A program made the translations under genes and the position numbers. A DNA stretch of 64,000 bases from an uncultured Clostridia bacterium (GTDB lineage Bacteria; Bacillota; Clostridia; Christensenellales; UBA1242). The notes under the pieces are model-generated. The model was not told where the DNA came from. It saw only the letters and a list, made by a program, of their open reading frames with translations, and searched no databases. This document shows positions 18,700-33,600 of the stretch, one piece after another. The stretch is from the NCBI GenBank assembly GCA_930990515.1, contig CAKNPS010000003.1, positions 49,006 to 113,005 of the forward strand, given 5' to 3'. How positions within the stretch are numbered: the stretch's first letter is position 1; every line of letters begins with the position of its first letter.

Positions 18700-21600
18700 A
18701 TGAAAAAAATTGCGTTTGGCTTTTTAACTTTGATGATGCTTTTTGGAGGTGTTCTTCTTTCTGCGTGTGGAGAAAGGAATATCTCTATTTCAGTTTCTGC
18801 AAGCGAGGTGGAAGTCTATACCAATAATGCGCAGGAAGATAGTTTTGAAAATATCTCTGTGACACTTAATGGCTCAGATGATGGCATAGGGGTGCAACTG
18901 GAATCTCAAAACGATGTGGTTGAAGTTACAGAACCTACAAGAGATAGAAGTGGGAATTACACTTTTACAATTAATGCTTTGAGAAGTGGTAATGCAACAG
19001 TTAGAGTATATTCCATTGAAGACCCTTCAGTTTATCAATATATTAATGTTACATCATACACATATCTTGAAGAACTTGAAAGCCTTGACTTAAATGACCA
19101 AGATGGTAGAAGTGGACTTTATGTTGTCAAAGGAGATAGTAACGGAAAAGATTTAACTCCAACAAATTTCTTTAATTTATATCCATTAGATGCCAATGTT
19201 ACAGATATTGTTTGGACATTTGCTGAAAATGGTGGAACCGTTTTATATCAAAGCAACACACAAGTTGTTGCAGAGATTGTTGATAATCAAACCTTATATG
19301 TTTCAGAAAATTGCACTTCTTATTTAACGATTGATTTGGTTGCTTCTTTTGTTCAAATGCCAAGTGTTACTGGAAATGTAAGTTTAGAAGTGATTGATAG
19401 TTCAAGTATTGCTGATTTTTATATTGGTGCAAGTGATGAAGACAGAATTTTAATTCGCAATGATGCTACAGAATCAACTGTTAGCGGAAGAATTGTTGTT
19501 AATACTATCGATGATGAAATGACTGCAGAACTTGTTGCTTATCAAATGAGAAACGGAATGTATATCGAACTTCAAGATTATAGCGACTATTTTACAGTTT
19601 CATCTATGACTTATAATTATGAGAATGATCAAAGAATTATTGATTTTACGATTGATGCTCAAGTTGACCCTGAGAAACAAAGATTAAGCGGAGATATATA
19701 TGTGGCATTTAACCTTAAATATAGTGCCTTTACTTATGAAATTTCAACCGCTTCTTCATTAGATGACCTTGTTCTTATTTCTACATATTTTATTCCTGAA
19801 ACCTTATTACTTCGTGACTCAACTATGAGTTCTATATCTGGTCGCACAATTGATTTGTATTCAAATTATTTTACAAGTTATGGATATGAAGTTTTAGTGA
19901 ATGTTTATCCTGATGATGTTGTTTTGAATAACAGTAACTATCAAATTTTAATTAATGCTAATAGCACAAACATGGCGCAAAATCCAAATTATTATTTGAA
20001 AGTTTACAAGGAAGATGACCTTTTAAATCCTATAACTTTTACACAAAGTGGAACAAGCACAACTTGGATTTCGGAAGAAATAGAAAATGGAACTTCGGTT
20101 TACTTGCAAGCAGGTGATGGAAATTATGGTAGCATTGCAGACTTTGCTATTCAATTTGTGGCATCTGGAAATGGAACTGCGACAGAAACCATTTATGCAA
20201 ACTTATACAATATTACCGAAAATGAAAATCTTGACATTCGCGAATATACTATTGGTGAAGACGGAGAACATATTCTTGGTGACGAATTTGCGTTTAATCA
20301 AAGATATTATATTTCTTCAAGTGAAAATTCTATGTCAAGAGATTTCTATTTAAGAATTTATGGTTATTCAACTTCAACTGGTCTTAACTTGGTTTATAAT
20401 CAAAACAACAATTTCACAGTTTCTTATGTGGAAAATGGTAGATATGAAGACGTTAATAATCCTGATAATTCTTATGTTGATTTAATTGTGACAGTAAATG
20501 TTACTCGTGAAGGATATGAAGGGGCGTTTAACTTCTCATTCTCACATCAAACAGGAGCGACAAGTGAAACAATTTCAATCTTTGCTTTTGCACCAATTGA
20601 AGATGTTGTTTTAGTTAACAATAGTGAAGGTTCGACAAACATTTATTATGATGAAACAAATAGTCAAGGATTTGTGTATGAACAAGTTGATGGACAAACA
20701 ATCGTTTCTGAAGACCCTAACTATACAACAAACCACACATTATCTTCACTTTTAATGTCAGCAGGCTCAAATATTAATCTTGGTCTTGGCTATGGAAATG
20801 CAACTTTAAATATTGATGAATATACAGCAGGCTACTATTTTGCTTATATGGACTATGATACTTTTATGGGAATTAATACCTTTGAAGAAGGTGTTGACAC
20901 TGAGGCTATATTTAACAATCTTGACCCATATAGAGATGGTTATAACTATAACTTTATAACTAATAATAACAACTATTTCACATATTCAAATGGTTATTTG
21001 ACTGTGGCAAGTGAACAAGGAGAGTTTGTTATTTATGTTGCTGTCATTGTTCAAGGTTATGATGAAAATCACGATGAACTCAACTTAATGAGAATTTTCA
21101 AACTTGAAAGTTTCTATCCAGTAAATTCTTTAAGAAGCAATGTTACTGATGCAAGATTATATGCTAGCGAAAGCGTAAGTTCGACTGATGCGAATTTGAC
21201 TTATACTGATGTTTCAGTAAGTTTGCGTCTTGATAAGAGTGCTCCTACATATATTGATTTATCAAATTTCTCAATTTCTCTTAGAAATGGAATAACAAAT
21301 GTTGTTTCTAACGAAGAAGATGGTTTAACCTATGATACTGACTCAAATGGCAATATTACAAGGGCATATTTAAACAGTGTGACAATTGAAAATGAATATG
21401 TAACACTTTCTGGTTTTGAACTTGTGTATGCTGACCAAACAAGTCAAGGACTTAACAGTTTGAGATTTAGAATTACTGCAAAATCAACCGAGTTTAATTC
21501 AGTTTGGAATGAAATTGTAAATTTGACTTATGAATTAAATTATGAAAATGTTTTAGTTTCAACTCTTAGCACTAATATTAATATTGAAATTATACAAGCA

Positions 21601-24600
21601 GACCGTGTTGAAAATGTGACTTGGATTAATGAAACAGAAGATGGCGAAATATATCTTAATATTGCTTCAAATGACCCTGCTGAACAATCTTTCATAATTT
21701 CAACATCAATTTCACCAAATTATGCGGAAAATCGTAATTTAACTTATCATTATCAACAACATAATCAAGGCGAAAGCGTTCTAGAGATTAGAACTGACTC
21801 AATAAGTCAATCATTTAGTTTGACGATTGGAAATCGTAGTCGTGGTGGCTATGGTTATCTCTATATTTTGCCAGAAGATATGGTTAAAATTGTGAATGGT
21901 ATAAGACAAATTGTCATTTACGGTGTTGATGAAAATGGAGATATTGAAACTCAAGCACAATATTTACCACTTTCTCAAATTGATAATTATTATGAAGAAT
22001 TGATTGGTGGAACTTATGAAACAGAATATGGAACTATTGCCAACTACTTTATAAATAATTATAATGAAAGAGTTTATTATAGTGATATTATTTTAAAAAT
22101 AAGAGTTACAGTTGCAGATGGATTGAGCGAAGAAACGGCAATTCGAGTTTATTCACAATCTGACTTAGAAAATGTTGAAAACAATCTTTATTATAGAGTT
22201 ATGAATGATATTGACCTTGTGAATTTTAATTCGATTGGGGAAGGAACAACTTTTTCTGGAATGATTTTTGGAAATACTGATGATGTTACTTTGTCATTTG
22301 CAAATAATAGTGAAAGTTTGGTGGATAGACTTAGCGGAACAATCAAAAACTTGACTATGACAGGTAATGTTGTCGGTGGCGGATTTGTTGCTAATTACAT
22401 TCAAGAAGGCGGACTTGTTGACAATGTGACAGTTGATGTAAATTATGAAAATGGCAATTATCTACCAAGCACTTTAACTCAAGGTGTGGCTATAGATGGA
22501 AATTATTATGCCGGCGGTATTGCAGGTCAAAATATGGGAACAATTTCAAATTCCAATGTTTTTGGTTTGGAAATTGATTTAAATCAAAATGGTGGTTATA
22601 CAAACACTGTTGCTGGCGGAATTGTTGGTTATAACCTTGGCGGAAGAGTGGAAAACTGTGGCGTTGAATTTTATAACTTTATTAGGACAGAATCTACGGG
22701 CGAAGAAGATGTTGAAGCAACCTATAACAACAAAATCACAGCAAATGTGGTTGGTGGTATCATTGGACAAGGTGGGTATTCTTTGAATGCGTCAACAGGG
22801 GCTGTTAATGATATTCGAATTATAAATTCTTATGTTTATGCTTTCAATTTAATTTATCAAGATGGAGATAGTCCAGCCGACATTAGTGGAGATTCTTATA
22901 CTTCAGTTTTGAATGGACAAGACGGAGCAGTGGGAGCTTTTGTTGGAAGTCTTAATGTTAATGGAAGTGCAGGAGGTGCCACATATTTTAGATTGGTAAA
23001 TTCCTTTGCTTTCTTGGGTGACTATAGAAGAAATAATGTAAACTCTAATATTTTTAACGATTTAAGTATAGGGCAAATTAAAGGCTCTGGTTCAAGAGTT
23101 TATCAAAATTCTTACATCACATATTTTGAAATTGTTGGGGAAACAGAAAATACAGGTGATGGCGAAACAACTGTATATAGATATAGACTTAAAATGGACT
23201 ATGTTTTAAATGAAAGCACAACAATAGCAGATTTAAACAATGTGAGAACCCTTGAATATTCAAATATTGATTCAATTGATTATTCTGAATTTGACTCTTC
23301 AGTTTGGGAAACTAATGAAATTGACCAAGATGTCAACTTTGGATTTGCTTATTTAAGAGATGTAAATCAAAATATTGCCGTGTCTGTTGACCAAACAATT
23401 CAAACTGTCGACGGAAAAACAATAAATGCTGATTATGTTGACGGAGATAGTCAAGTTAAGGCAGGAATCTTGTTCTTATATCAAACACAAGAAAATGTTA
23501 CAAATGCTGGTGCTCAAAGCGAAATTAATCGTGCAAACACAATTTCTATCACTGATTTGTTTGGAGTGACTGAAAGAGAAGCACAAAGCCTTTTAATTAG
23601 TGTTGATAGAGAAAACTTTATTGGTTTTACAACTAACAACATAACCGCTTTAAGAACTAATATTAATTTAGGTCAAACAATCAAATTGACACTTTATAGT
23701 AGAGTCGACTTTAGTGATTCTCAAACTTATGAAATTATGGTTATTAACTATGTTCCAGAATTGACATTGACAACTGGCAACACTGTAATTTCAGACGGAG
23801 ATGTTTTGAATGTTCAAACAAGGTCACAAGAAGTTGACGGCTCTGATAATTCAAGACAAGTGCAAGTTGTTTTAGATTATTCAACCTATTTTAATGGCGA
23901 AGAATATCATCTTGTAAGTGATGATGCTTATAGCTACTCAGTTTCTTATGAAAATAACACTTCTGAAAATGGAGATTATATTTCAAATTATGTTTCAGGA
24001 AATAACATAACTTTCATTGCAAATAGTGCAACAGGAAATGATTATGTTAATACCACAATTAATTTGAATTTTGATAGATTAAAAACAAATTATTCTCAAT
24101 TTAACGATGCGTTAACTAATTATCGCAAGTCCAATTTCTATATTTCTTCATATTTAGGGGCAAATTCTCTTATTGTTGATGCTCGTGATTTTAACATCAC
24201 TCCAGATGAATCTGTTTCCTTTAATGCTGAAATTATTTCTGATAGCAAAGAAGAAGATTTATCTCTTACATTCACTTATAATGATAGAGATTATTTTGTG
24301 GACGAAAATAATCAAGTTGTTATCAATGATAATCTTGTTTTAGACGTTGATTGGACAAAAGAAACCGATGGAACAAGAAATAATTTTAAAGTTGTTATCA
24401 ATGTTAATCGAGATTATAGACATAAAGTTGATGCTACTTATGATTTTGTCATTAGCATCAATGCTTTAAGTCAAAACAACAACACAAATTTATTAAAAAC
24501 AATTAATTTCGTTGTTCAAAAGCAAAGAATTAATAAGGTTAATGTAACTGCTTATACAATTAGTAGTAGAACAATCAATAATTCAAGATGGTATTACACT

Positions 24601-27600
24601 CCAAGCACAACAATTTCTTCGACTTTAGTGCCAGGTTCAGACAGTATTTTAACTTTGGAAGTTAGCCCTAATTTTGCTCATTTCTCACAAATTGAAGTAA
24701 CATATACGGCTTCTTCATCTGGTATGGTTGGAACTGTAGGAATTAGTAGACTGTCATATAATTCAACTTATGGATATTATATTGATTCTTCAACAACTGA
24801 CAACATCACTTCTGGGCTTAGAGTTACTCCAACAGATAGCGATTTACAAAATGGAGTTTATTACTTTAGAATTTATGTTTCTTCAAGTTTTACATCAAAC
24901 AGCAATGTTACATTGAGATTTACTTTCTATGATGAAACAGAAAATGTTGGCTCTTACACTTATAATTATGTTATTGATTATTTAAGTTCAGCTGAAGTTC
25001 TTGTTGATGGTGCTCACAGTGTTATGCTTGCAAAAGGCGACTCTGCACAAGTTTCCATCACTTTAGACCTTGACCAAACTTTGACTAACAATAGTATTAG
25101 ATTAGAAAACAATGGAACTTCAATATATCTTAGTTCAATCACTGAAGAAGTGACAGATTCTTACAGAAGATACACCGCAACAATTTCAACAAGTGTAACT
25201 TCGAATCTTGCTGATGGAAATTCTACTGGTGCGTTCTATGTTTATGCTTCTGTTTCAAGATATGTCAATGGAATTTTAGATTATGTAGAAAGTTATGCGA
25301 CCGTTTACCTTGTTGACTTCACAATTAATGCAGACGAAACAAAGGTTGTTGGAACAACTGACACAGCAACTTATAATGGAAACACTTATGATGCTTTCTA
25401 TTCCTATATTAATGCTAATCAAACCTTAGCATTTGATTATGTAATTGAACCAGAAACATATAATTTTGACCCTAATAATAACGAAGAATATCAAGCAGTT
25501 TATGGACAAAATGGTCTTATGGCTAAGAGAAGACAATTCGTTCAAAATGGAAGTTATAGAGATGATGTTTCAGGTTACTATATCAATTATTCTTATAATT
25601 CAACAACGGGAACATACACAGAAATTCCAATTGAACAAAGACTTTATTATGTCAATAATGACGGCTCTGCGACTGCAATTTACAATAGTCAAAGAGGGGA
25701 GTTTGTGGAAAATTCTATCATTGAATTTAGTTCTGGAAGCAACGATACTCTTGTTATTAAGGGACTTAGAATTGGCAGTGTTTTACTTAGATTAACGACT
25801 ACAGTTGTCATTGGAAACACAACATTTGAATATAACTATGATTTTGTTGTTGTGATTAGCATTTGGACAGATGAAGAAGTGCCAATGCCAATCTATACAG
25901 CAGAAGAATTCTTAAATTTTGCAGCAGGAAACCCTGATGAACAAGGAAATGTAACAGCGGCTGATTACATTTTGATGAATGACATTGTGCTTGAAAACTA
26001 TACTCCTGTTGACACCACATATTTTAGAAGTTTAGACGGAAATGGCTATCAAATTTATATTTCAAGTTTCAATACTTCTGGTGCAAATTCAACATTAAAT
26101 CTTGCATTGTTTAACCAAGTTGCAAGCACTTCAACAATCAAAAATGTGAGAGTGAACTTATATAACGCTGGACAACTCACAATTAATGTAAATCAATTTA
26201 CAAACATTAATATTGCAGGTTTTGCTTTGACCAACAATGGAACGATTTATAACTGTGAAGTTGTGGCATATTATGATGAAAATCATTCAGTTTCAAGAGT
26301 TTCAGGCAACACTGGTATTGTTGTAAACTTTGTTAGAGGAAATGGAACAGATTACGTTCATTTAACATCTCAAGATATTAGTGTAAGCAATGTCAATATT
26401 TCTGGTTTTGTAAACACTAATAATAGCATAATAACAAACAGCCGTGTTGGTGGAACTAGCATTGGAACCGTTATAGAAACAGATGATCCTAATCTAAATT
26501 ACTATAGTGAAGTATTGCTTCCACTTTTCACAATTCAAGGACAAGGAACTGTGGCAGGTTTTGTAAATAACAATGTGGGAACAATTTCAGCTTCTTTTGC
26601 AAATAATGTTCAAATCAACAATCAAATGAATTCGACAACATCAATAACTTCTGGTTTTGCTGTTACAAATACGGGAGACATTAACACATCTTATACACAA
26701 GGAGCAGAGTCAGAAAGTTCATCTTCAAGTGATGGTAGAACATATTATTTTGATGGTTCAACAATTGCTTCGACAGGTAGAGTTGCAGGATTTATCTATA
26801 ATAACTCAGGTATTGTTAAAAATTCTTATGTTAATATCGCTTTTGAAGTGGATATCTCAAGAAGTTATTTATCTGCGGGCTTTGTTTATCAAAATAATGA
26901 AGGCGCGGAAATCACTCTTTGCTATGCTGCTGCAAAAATGTCATTAACTGATATTAACGAAATGAGTTTCTCGGGTGTTTCTGAAAATGGAACAACAAGC
27001 TTAAACACTGGAACAATTTCAAATTCTTATTACTATAACACCAGTCGTGTGGACACAACAACACAATCAAATTTTGATGTTGGGGCATATTCCATCACTG
27101 ATGTTGGCTACGAATCAACTTTCTATCGCTTTAGTTTTGCGTCTGAAGAAAATGCTTATGATGGCATCTGGACAATGACTGACGATGGAATTACTTTGAC
27201 AAGTGCAAATAAAATTGCTTTCTCTAATAGATATATTGTTTATAATTCTGAAGAAGAAGATGATTATTATTTCCTTTATAGAACCTTAACAGATCTAAGC
27301 AATTATAGACAAATTGACCTTTCTTATGGTTCTGAAAACAACCCAATCATCATTCGTTCGGCTGCTGATTTCGCAAAAGCAACTGGTAAAGCACAAGAAA
27401 CTGAAATTTCTTCATATAAGCGTTATTACAACGATACTGAAGTGTTTGGAACATATCGTCTTGTGAACGATATTGATTTCTCTGAAATCGACCAAAATGT
27501 TTCTGGGGAAAACAACATCTTGTTGACCACAACTTCTAAAACTTTCTCGGGAATTTTAGATGGTAACTCTTTCACAATTTCAAACATCAGTTTAGGTGCT

Positions 27601-30600
27601 TCAACAAGTATGGAAAATTATGGACTTTTTGCAAGACTCGAAGATGGTGTGATTATGAATCTTGGGCTTCAAGTGGTTTCTGTTCATAACGCAAATGCAA
27701 GAATTGTTGGAACTTTGGCTGGAACTGCGATAGATTCAAGACTTATTGCCATCAACCTTTCTCCAAATGAAAGAAGAGATGATGAAGAAGCAATTGAAGC
27801 AGTTTCAATTGAAGGTTATAATATTGTTGGTGGTCTTGTTGGTATTGTTATGGGAGATTCTATTCTTAACGATATAACAGTTACTAACATTGATGTTAAC
27901 TCTGCTTATTACTATGGAGCAAACAAATCAATAACTTACAATAGTAATTTCACTGGCGATAATTTAAGACAACTTGTATATCTCGGTTCATCATTAACTT
28001 CACTAGTTCGTTCACTTTCTTATGCAGGTGGTGTTGCTGGTTATGTGGACATATATACAAATATTGGTGATGGCTATGTTAAATATTCTTCTCAAACCGA
28101 TTTGACTGATTATGAAGTTGTTTCTATCAAAGTTTTAGATTCTGTTGATATTTTTGGCGAAGTAGCGGGCGGATTGTTTGGTTACCTTGGTAGGTCATTA
28201 ATGGCTTATGATTTAGGAATTGAACTTGATGCTGATATGGCTTTGAATAGTGCTTCATATATTACATCTAAAAACCTTTATGCTGGCGGTATTGTTGGCG
28301 AAAGTTATGCTGGTCTTTATGCCGTTTATGCTAAGTATGAAGACACCCTTCAATCTTCAATAGAAAGAGGTATTTATAATTACTATAATGGTGGCGGTTC
28401 TGAAAGAGGACAACTCAGCATATTCTCTTATTCCAGCCTTGACACAAGACATCAAGGGCGTTATAATAGTCCGCTCTATATTGGCGGTCTTGTCGGCTAT
28501 GCTGGAGCAGGCTATATCGCTGTCGGCTATAATAAATTGAATGTAACATCAAATATTGAAAGAAGTGATTACTCTTACACAACAGAAGCAGTTGGCGGAA
28601 TTGTTGGCTATATAAGTTCAGATTACAACTATGATGCTGATTTCATTTCAGAAAATGTCAATATTTCTTACTACTTGTATGAAGTTTACTTTAGCGGAGT
28701 TCTTTATTCAGAAACAAATGCTAATGCTGGTGGTATTGTTGGTGATATAGATGTAAATAACGACATTGCTTTAAATAAAGTAAATAGTATTCCTTATTAT
28801 GACACTACAGAATCAGTAAATAATGTTTATTCATTAGTTGCAGGATTTAAAGAAGAAGATAATGGTAATCTTGTTGATACTTTAGATATGTCCGATGCTA
28901 TCTACCTTCTTGATGCAAGAGGAGATTATCATAATGTAATCAATTCACTCAATGCATCAACTTCTGGTTCTGTAAGAATGAGCGTGGCAACTTCTAATCA
29001 ATATCTCATTGATGCTGGCAAACAATCATCTTATATTAATGGACTTAGCGATGATGAAGTTATTCCAAGTGGGCTATCTTATCGTCCAATTTTGGAAATG
29101 GAATCTTTAGCAAATATTCCAACAACAGATGGTGTTGACAGAGCACATTCTGCAATGGCTTCATATTTCCTTCAAAACAATTGGGACGATACTCGTTGGG
29201 AACATAAGTCAGACCAAATCTTCCCTGACATTATTCTTTATCCTAAGGACGAAGTCATTTGGCTTGATGCCGATCCTGATAGTATTGCAAGTATGCTTGA
29301 AGCGGTTAAAGATAGACCAAATGCAACTGTTGTTGTTAGAGGTAGAGTAAACGAAGATGTTGTCGGTGATTATGCCGATGTAGACTTAAGAGGATATGAA
29401 GAAATTTCAAGTTTTGGTGGAACATTTATTTCATACAACAACTATATGCATTCAAATGATGAAGGCATCATTTCTAGCACAGCGAATCAAGTAAGACAAA
29501 TTAAACGCGGAACTAATGGTGGTTCTGATACAAGTTATGTTATTGGCGGTTATGAAGGCGATGAAGTTGGACTTATTTTGAGTTCTCCACTCTTCACTTC
29601 GACTGAGTCAGGTCTTACAATTGATGGTTTAAACATATATCTTGCTGTTGATAGTAATGGAGATAAAGAGGCAATTGGAGATAATTCAGATGATTCAACC
29701 GAAATAAACCTTACTGATTCTCCAGCGATAGTTTCAGGGACACTTACAAGTGCAACACTTATTGATTTAAATATCTTTATCAATGGAAACTTGAATATTA
29801 CATCTTCTCAAACAAATATTGGACTTATTGCTGAATCTGCAAACTCAACAAATTTCCAAAGCATCAATTTCATATTTAGATATGAAAATTTAGGAACAAC
29901 AGTAAATAATCCAAAGATAAATTTAAATCTTGAAGCAAACACAGCAGATAGTAATGGTGTAAGAAACTTTGGGCTTTTAGTTGGCGAACTAGAACAAAAC
30001 AATGTTTATAATTCAACGACGGTTTCTAACATTATTATATCTTCAGAAGAGAAAAATAATAGATCATCATCGCATGATAATCTCAAGTTAGAAGCTAATA
30101 TAATTAATAATAATTATGTTAATAGTGAATATACAACTCCTGGAAATATTAATAATTCTTTAAGTTTTGGTTTCTTAATTGGACAAACAAGCATTACAGA
30201 TGGTGAAACTTTGCCTTTGAATTTTGGCATCAACAATTTGATTGACGATACTTTATCTGGAATTAACTTGACTATAGAAGGGGCAGAAGTTGAAAATGCA
30301 GGGAATAATAATGCTAATCAATCGTTGAATGATTTATATTTTGGTGGATACATTGGTAGGGCAAATTTAAGAACGGTTTCTCTAATTGGTGGAGTTAATC
30401 CAGTTTCCCTTATCAAAAACTTTATTGTTCATCAAAAGATAAGTGTTAATAATAATATGTATTTTGGACTTGGTTTTGGTGAACTTACAGGAAATGGTGA
30501 ATTTTCATTAAATGCATTATCTACAGGTTCACAAAATACAGGACTTGATGTTACAGGTGGATTATATCAATTTGAAAGTGTGACAACTGGAACCACTCAA

Positions 30601-33600
30601 ACTTCAACAAGCGATCCAGTGGTAAATGTTGGTGGGTTTATTGGAAGTGCTGATTTTACAATTTCGTTGACGAGTGCACTCAATGTTAACTTTGATGTTA
30701 AAGGTAACCAACCACTTGAAGATGCAGAGGGGAATGAAACCACATTTGAAGATTATGATAAAGGGGTTACTTCACAAAATAGTATAAATGGAATTTATTC
30801 CGCAAAAGATTTTAATAATGTTGGTGGTGTTTGGACAACTGAAACAAGTAGGACAGCTGATAATGAGTATACTGCAGAAGTCTATACTGTAAATGGTCAG
30901 AGCAATATTGGTACTTTTGTTGGAAGAATTAATAGTGGAACGTTCTCATTTAGTGAAATTTACATTAGTGAGTATAGTGATATACAAATTAGTAATGCTT
31001 CGGGTTCTACAAGTTCTAATTCTCAGTTAAATGAAACAAACATTGGAACAATTGGTTTGATTGAAAATGGTATGTTTGCAATTGAAAATGGTTCAAGTAA
31101 ATATAGTGGAGCAAACTATTTTGTTGAAACTAATGGCATTGCTAATGTTGGTGGATTGATTGGAAAAGCAAACGCTCTTTCGCAATTTAGAGTGCAATCT
31201 TATATGTATGATGGAACTGTTGTTTCATTTGCAAACACTTTGAACTTTGGTGGACTTGCAGGGAATGTAAAAATTACCAATTCTGGAAATCTTCAGTCGG
31301 TGATTTATGGTGGAACACTTAAAAACTTTGTTAAGTCAAATAATGATAATCAAACAGTAAATAATATCTACGTTGGTGGAATTATTGGTTCGGTTGATGT
31401 TTCGGGAATGTCTGGAAACAATAATTTAAATATCAATGGGGCATATTCTTATGGAGATGTTTTTGTTGCTTATGAATCGGCAAATGCAACTCTTAATTTG
31501 ACAACATTTATGTTTGGTGGAATCATAGGTTCAATCAATGACGGCGATGTTAATCCTAATGTTAGTCTTGTAAATTCTTATTCTTTAATGACGCCTTTTA
31601 ATGATAGATTGGTAGATGATGGGCTTAACGGTGCTCATTATAGAATAAACGCTTTGGTTGGACAAAATGAAGAGTTAGTAAGTTATGGACAATATAATTA
31701 TTATTCTTCTGGCGTTACAATGTCTTATCAATACGAAGGCGAAGCAAACAACATTGATGTTTCTTATGGCTTTAATGATGAAAATTATTATGGCTATAGT
31801 GCTCAAGAAATTGAAGGTAATGGTAATAATGCAGATTTATCTGGACAAATATCTAATGATAGTGACAGCGAAGGTATTATTGAAGTAATTAAAAATGCTA
31901 TTCAAGGCTTTACAACAATGTCTCAGGAAGTTAGAACCGCAGAAGGTGCTAAACTTAATCCTACAAGGGTTGTTGAAAGTGGAGATAGTGGCGATGATGA
32001 GGTTTCTTTTGCAGGTATAAGTTCAAATAGTAATACTGCAATTGATGATATGCAAATTAAGTGGTATTATTTCGAAGAAGATATTAATATTGCAGACGAA
32101 GATGCAGGCTCTATTAATACCAACAGTTTGAACAACGTTGTGATTGTCGGAAATGGTAAAACTATAACTTACACTCCAACTTCTTTAGAAAATAATCAAA
32201 TTTCTGTCTTTAAATCCATTGGGACGACTGATGACACCTTCTCAGCAATTTCTGGTCTTGTTGTTGATATTGACTTTGATTTTGATTTGGTAAGTGACAA
32301 TGTTCAGATGGCTGGTCTTGTTCAATATATTGGACAAAATGCCACAAATCCTTCAATTATGATTTATGCTGTTGGAGTTACAGGCAATGTTGAATTAGGT
32401 TCAACAGGAACAGCAAACTTTGGCGGTATTGTTTCAAATATGTATCGTGGAATGATTTCAAACTCTTATGCAGATTTGGATATCTTCTATCACGCAGGAG
32501 CAGATCGTCGAGATTCTGGCGGACAAACTTATTATTTTGCTCAATCAACATTAAGTGCAATCACAAATGTTCAAGATGGCTTGGTGGAAATTTATAACAC
32601 TTTTGCTATGGGAAATGTTAAGAGTTATGTTCCAGCAAATATCTATACATTTAATTCATATTCAACTTATAATGAAACACAAACATATAGAACAAGAATT
32701 TTTGACTCTTATTCTGTAATGCAAGTGGAAACAGAAGACTATGGTTTTAATAATAATTCTGGTGATGAAGTAGTTTCTTATGGAAATTACAATATATCAA
32801 ATTTCCAAGCATCAACACTTTCAAACAGTTATTATAGTGATTATTCTGGATTAATTGGAGTTAAAACAAGAATAGAAGGAACGAATTATATAACCGAAAT
32901 TGATTCTTCAAATAGAAATGGAATAAGATCACTTGTTGACAATATGTCCATTGGCTACAATACTGATAATGAAGTAAGATATAAAATTGACAATACTACG
33001 GGAGATATATATTCTCCATGGTTCTATTCTCCATATAGAAACTATGGCTATGGAACAACTGGATTTGTTTATTTAAGAAACACTTCAACTTATTCTCGCG
33101 AAAAAACAAACATAGAAAGCACTGCAGTTCTGACAAGTGGAGAAAATGCAACTTATGCATACAATACTTATGAATATACCAAACTTTCTGAAGAAGAACT
33201 TGCAACCTTAAATAAAACAACAGGTTCTTATACAATTACTATTGAAGAAGGAAATACAAATTCAAGAGATTATTTCTTGGCAATTACTAATGTTGGAAAA
33301 TTTAGACAACTTGTAGGTTTAGACGGCGAAAACCATAAATTCTTCTTAAAATATGACATCAATTTAAGTGATTTGTCTAAAAATAACGATACATCTTGGA
33401 ACTATAATAATAGCAATTTAGGTTCAACTAACAATATGGTTGTTCTAGACGGACAAAACCATTTAATTGAATTTGAAAATGCTAAAGGTTTGTTTATTAA
33501 TGTTTATGCTAATATGGAAAACCTTAGAGTTATAAACTATGAAGATATAAACACTCCTAACTATACAGAAGCTGTAAATGGTTATAGATACTTCGGTGTT

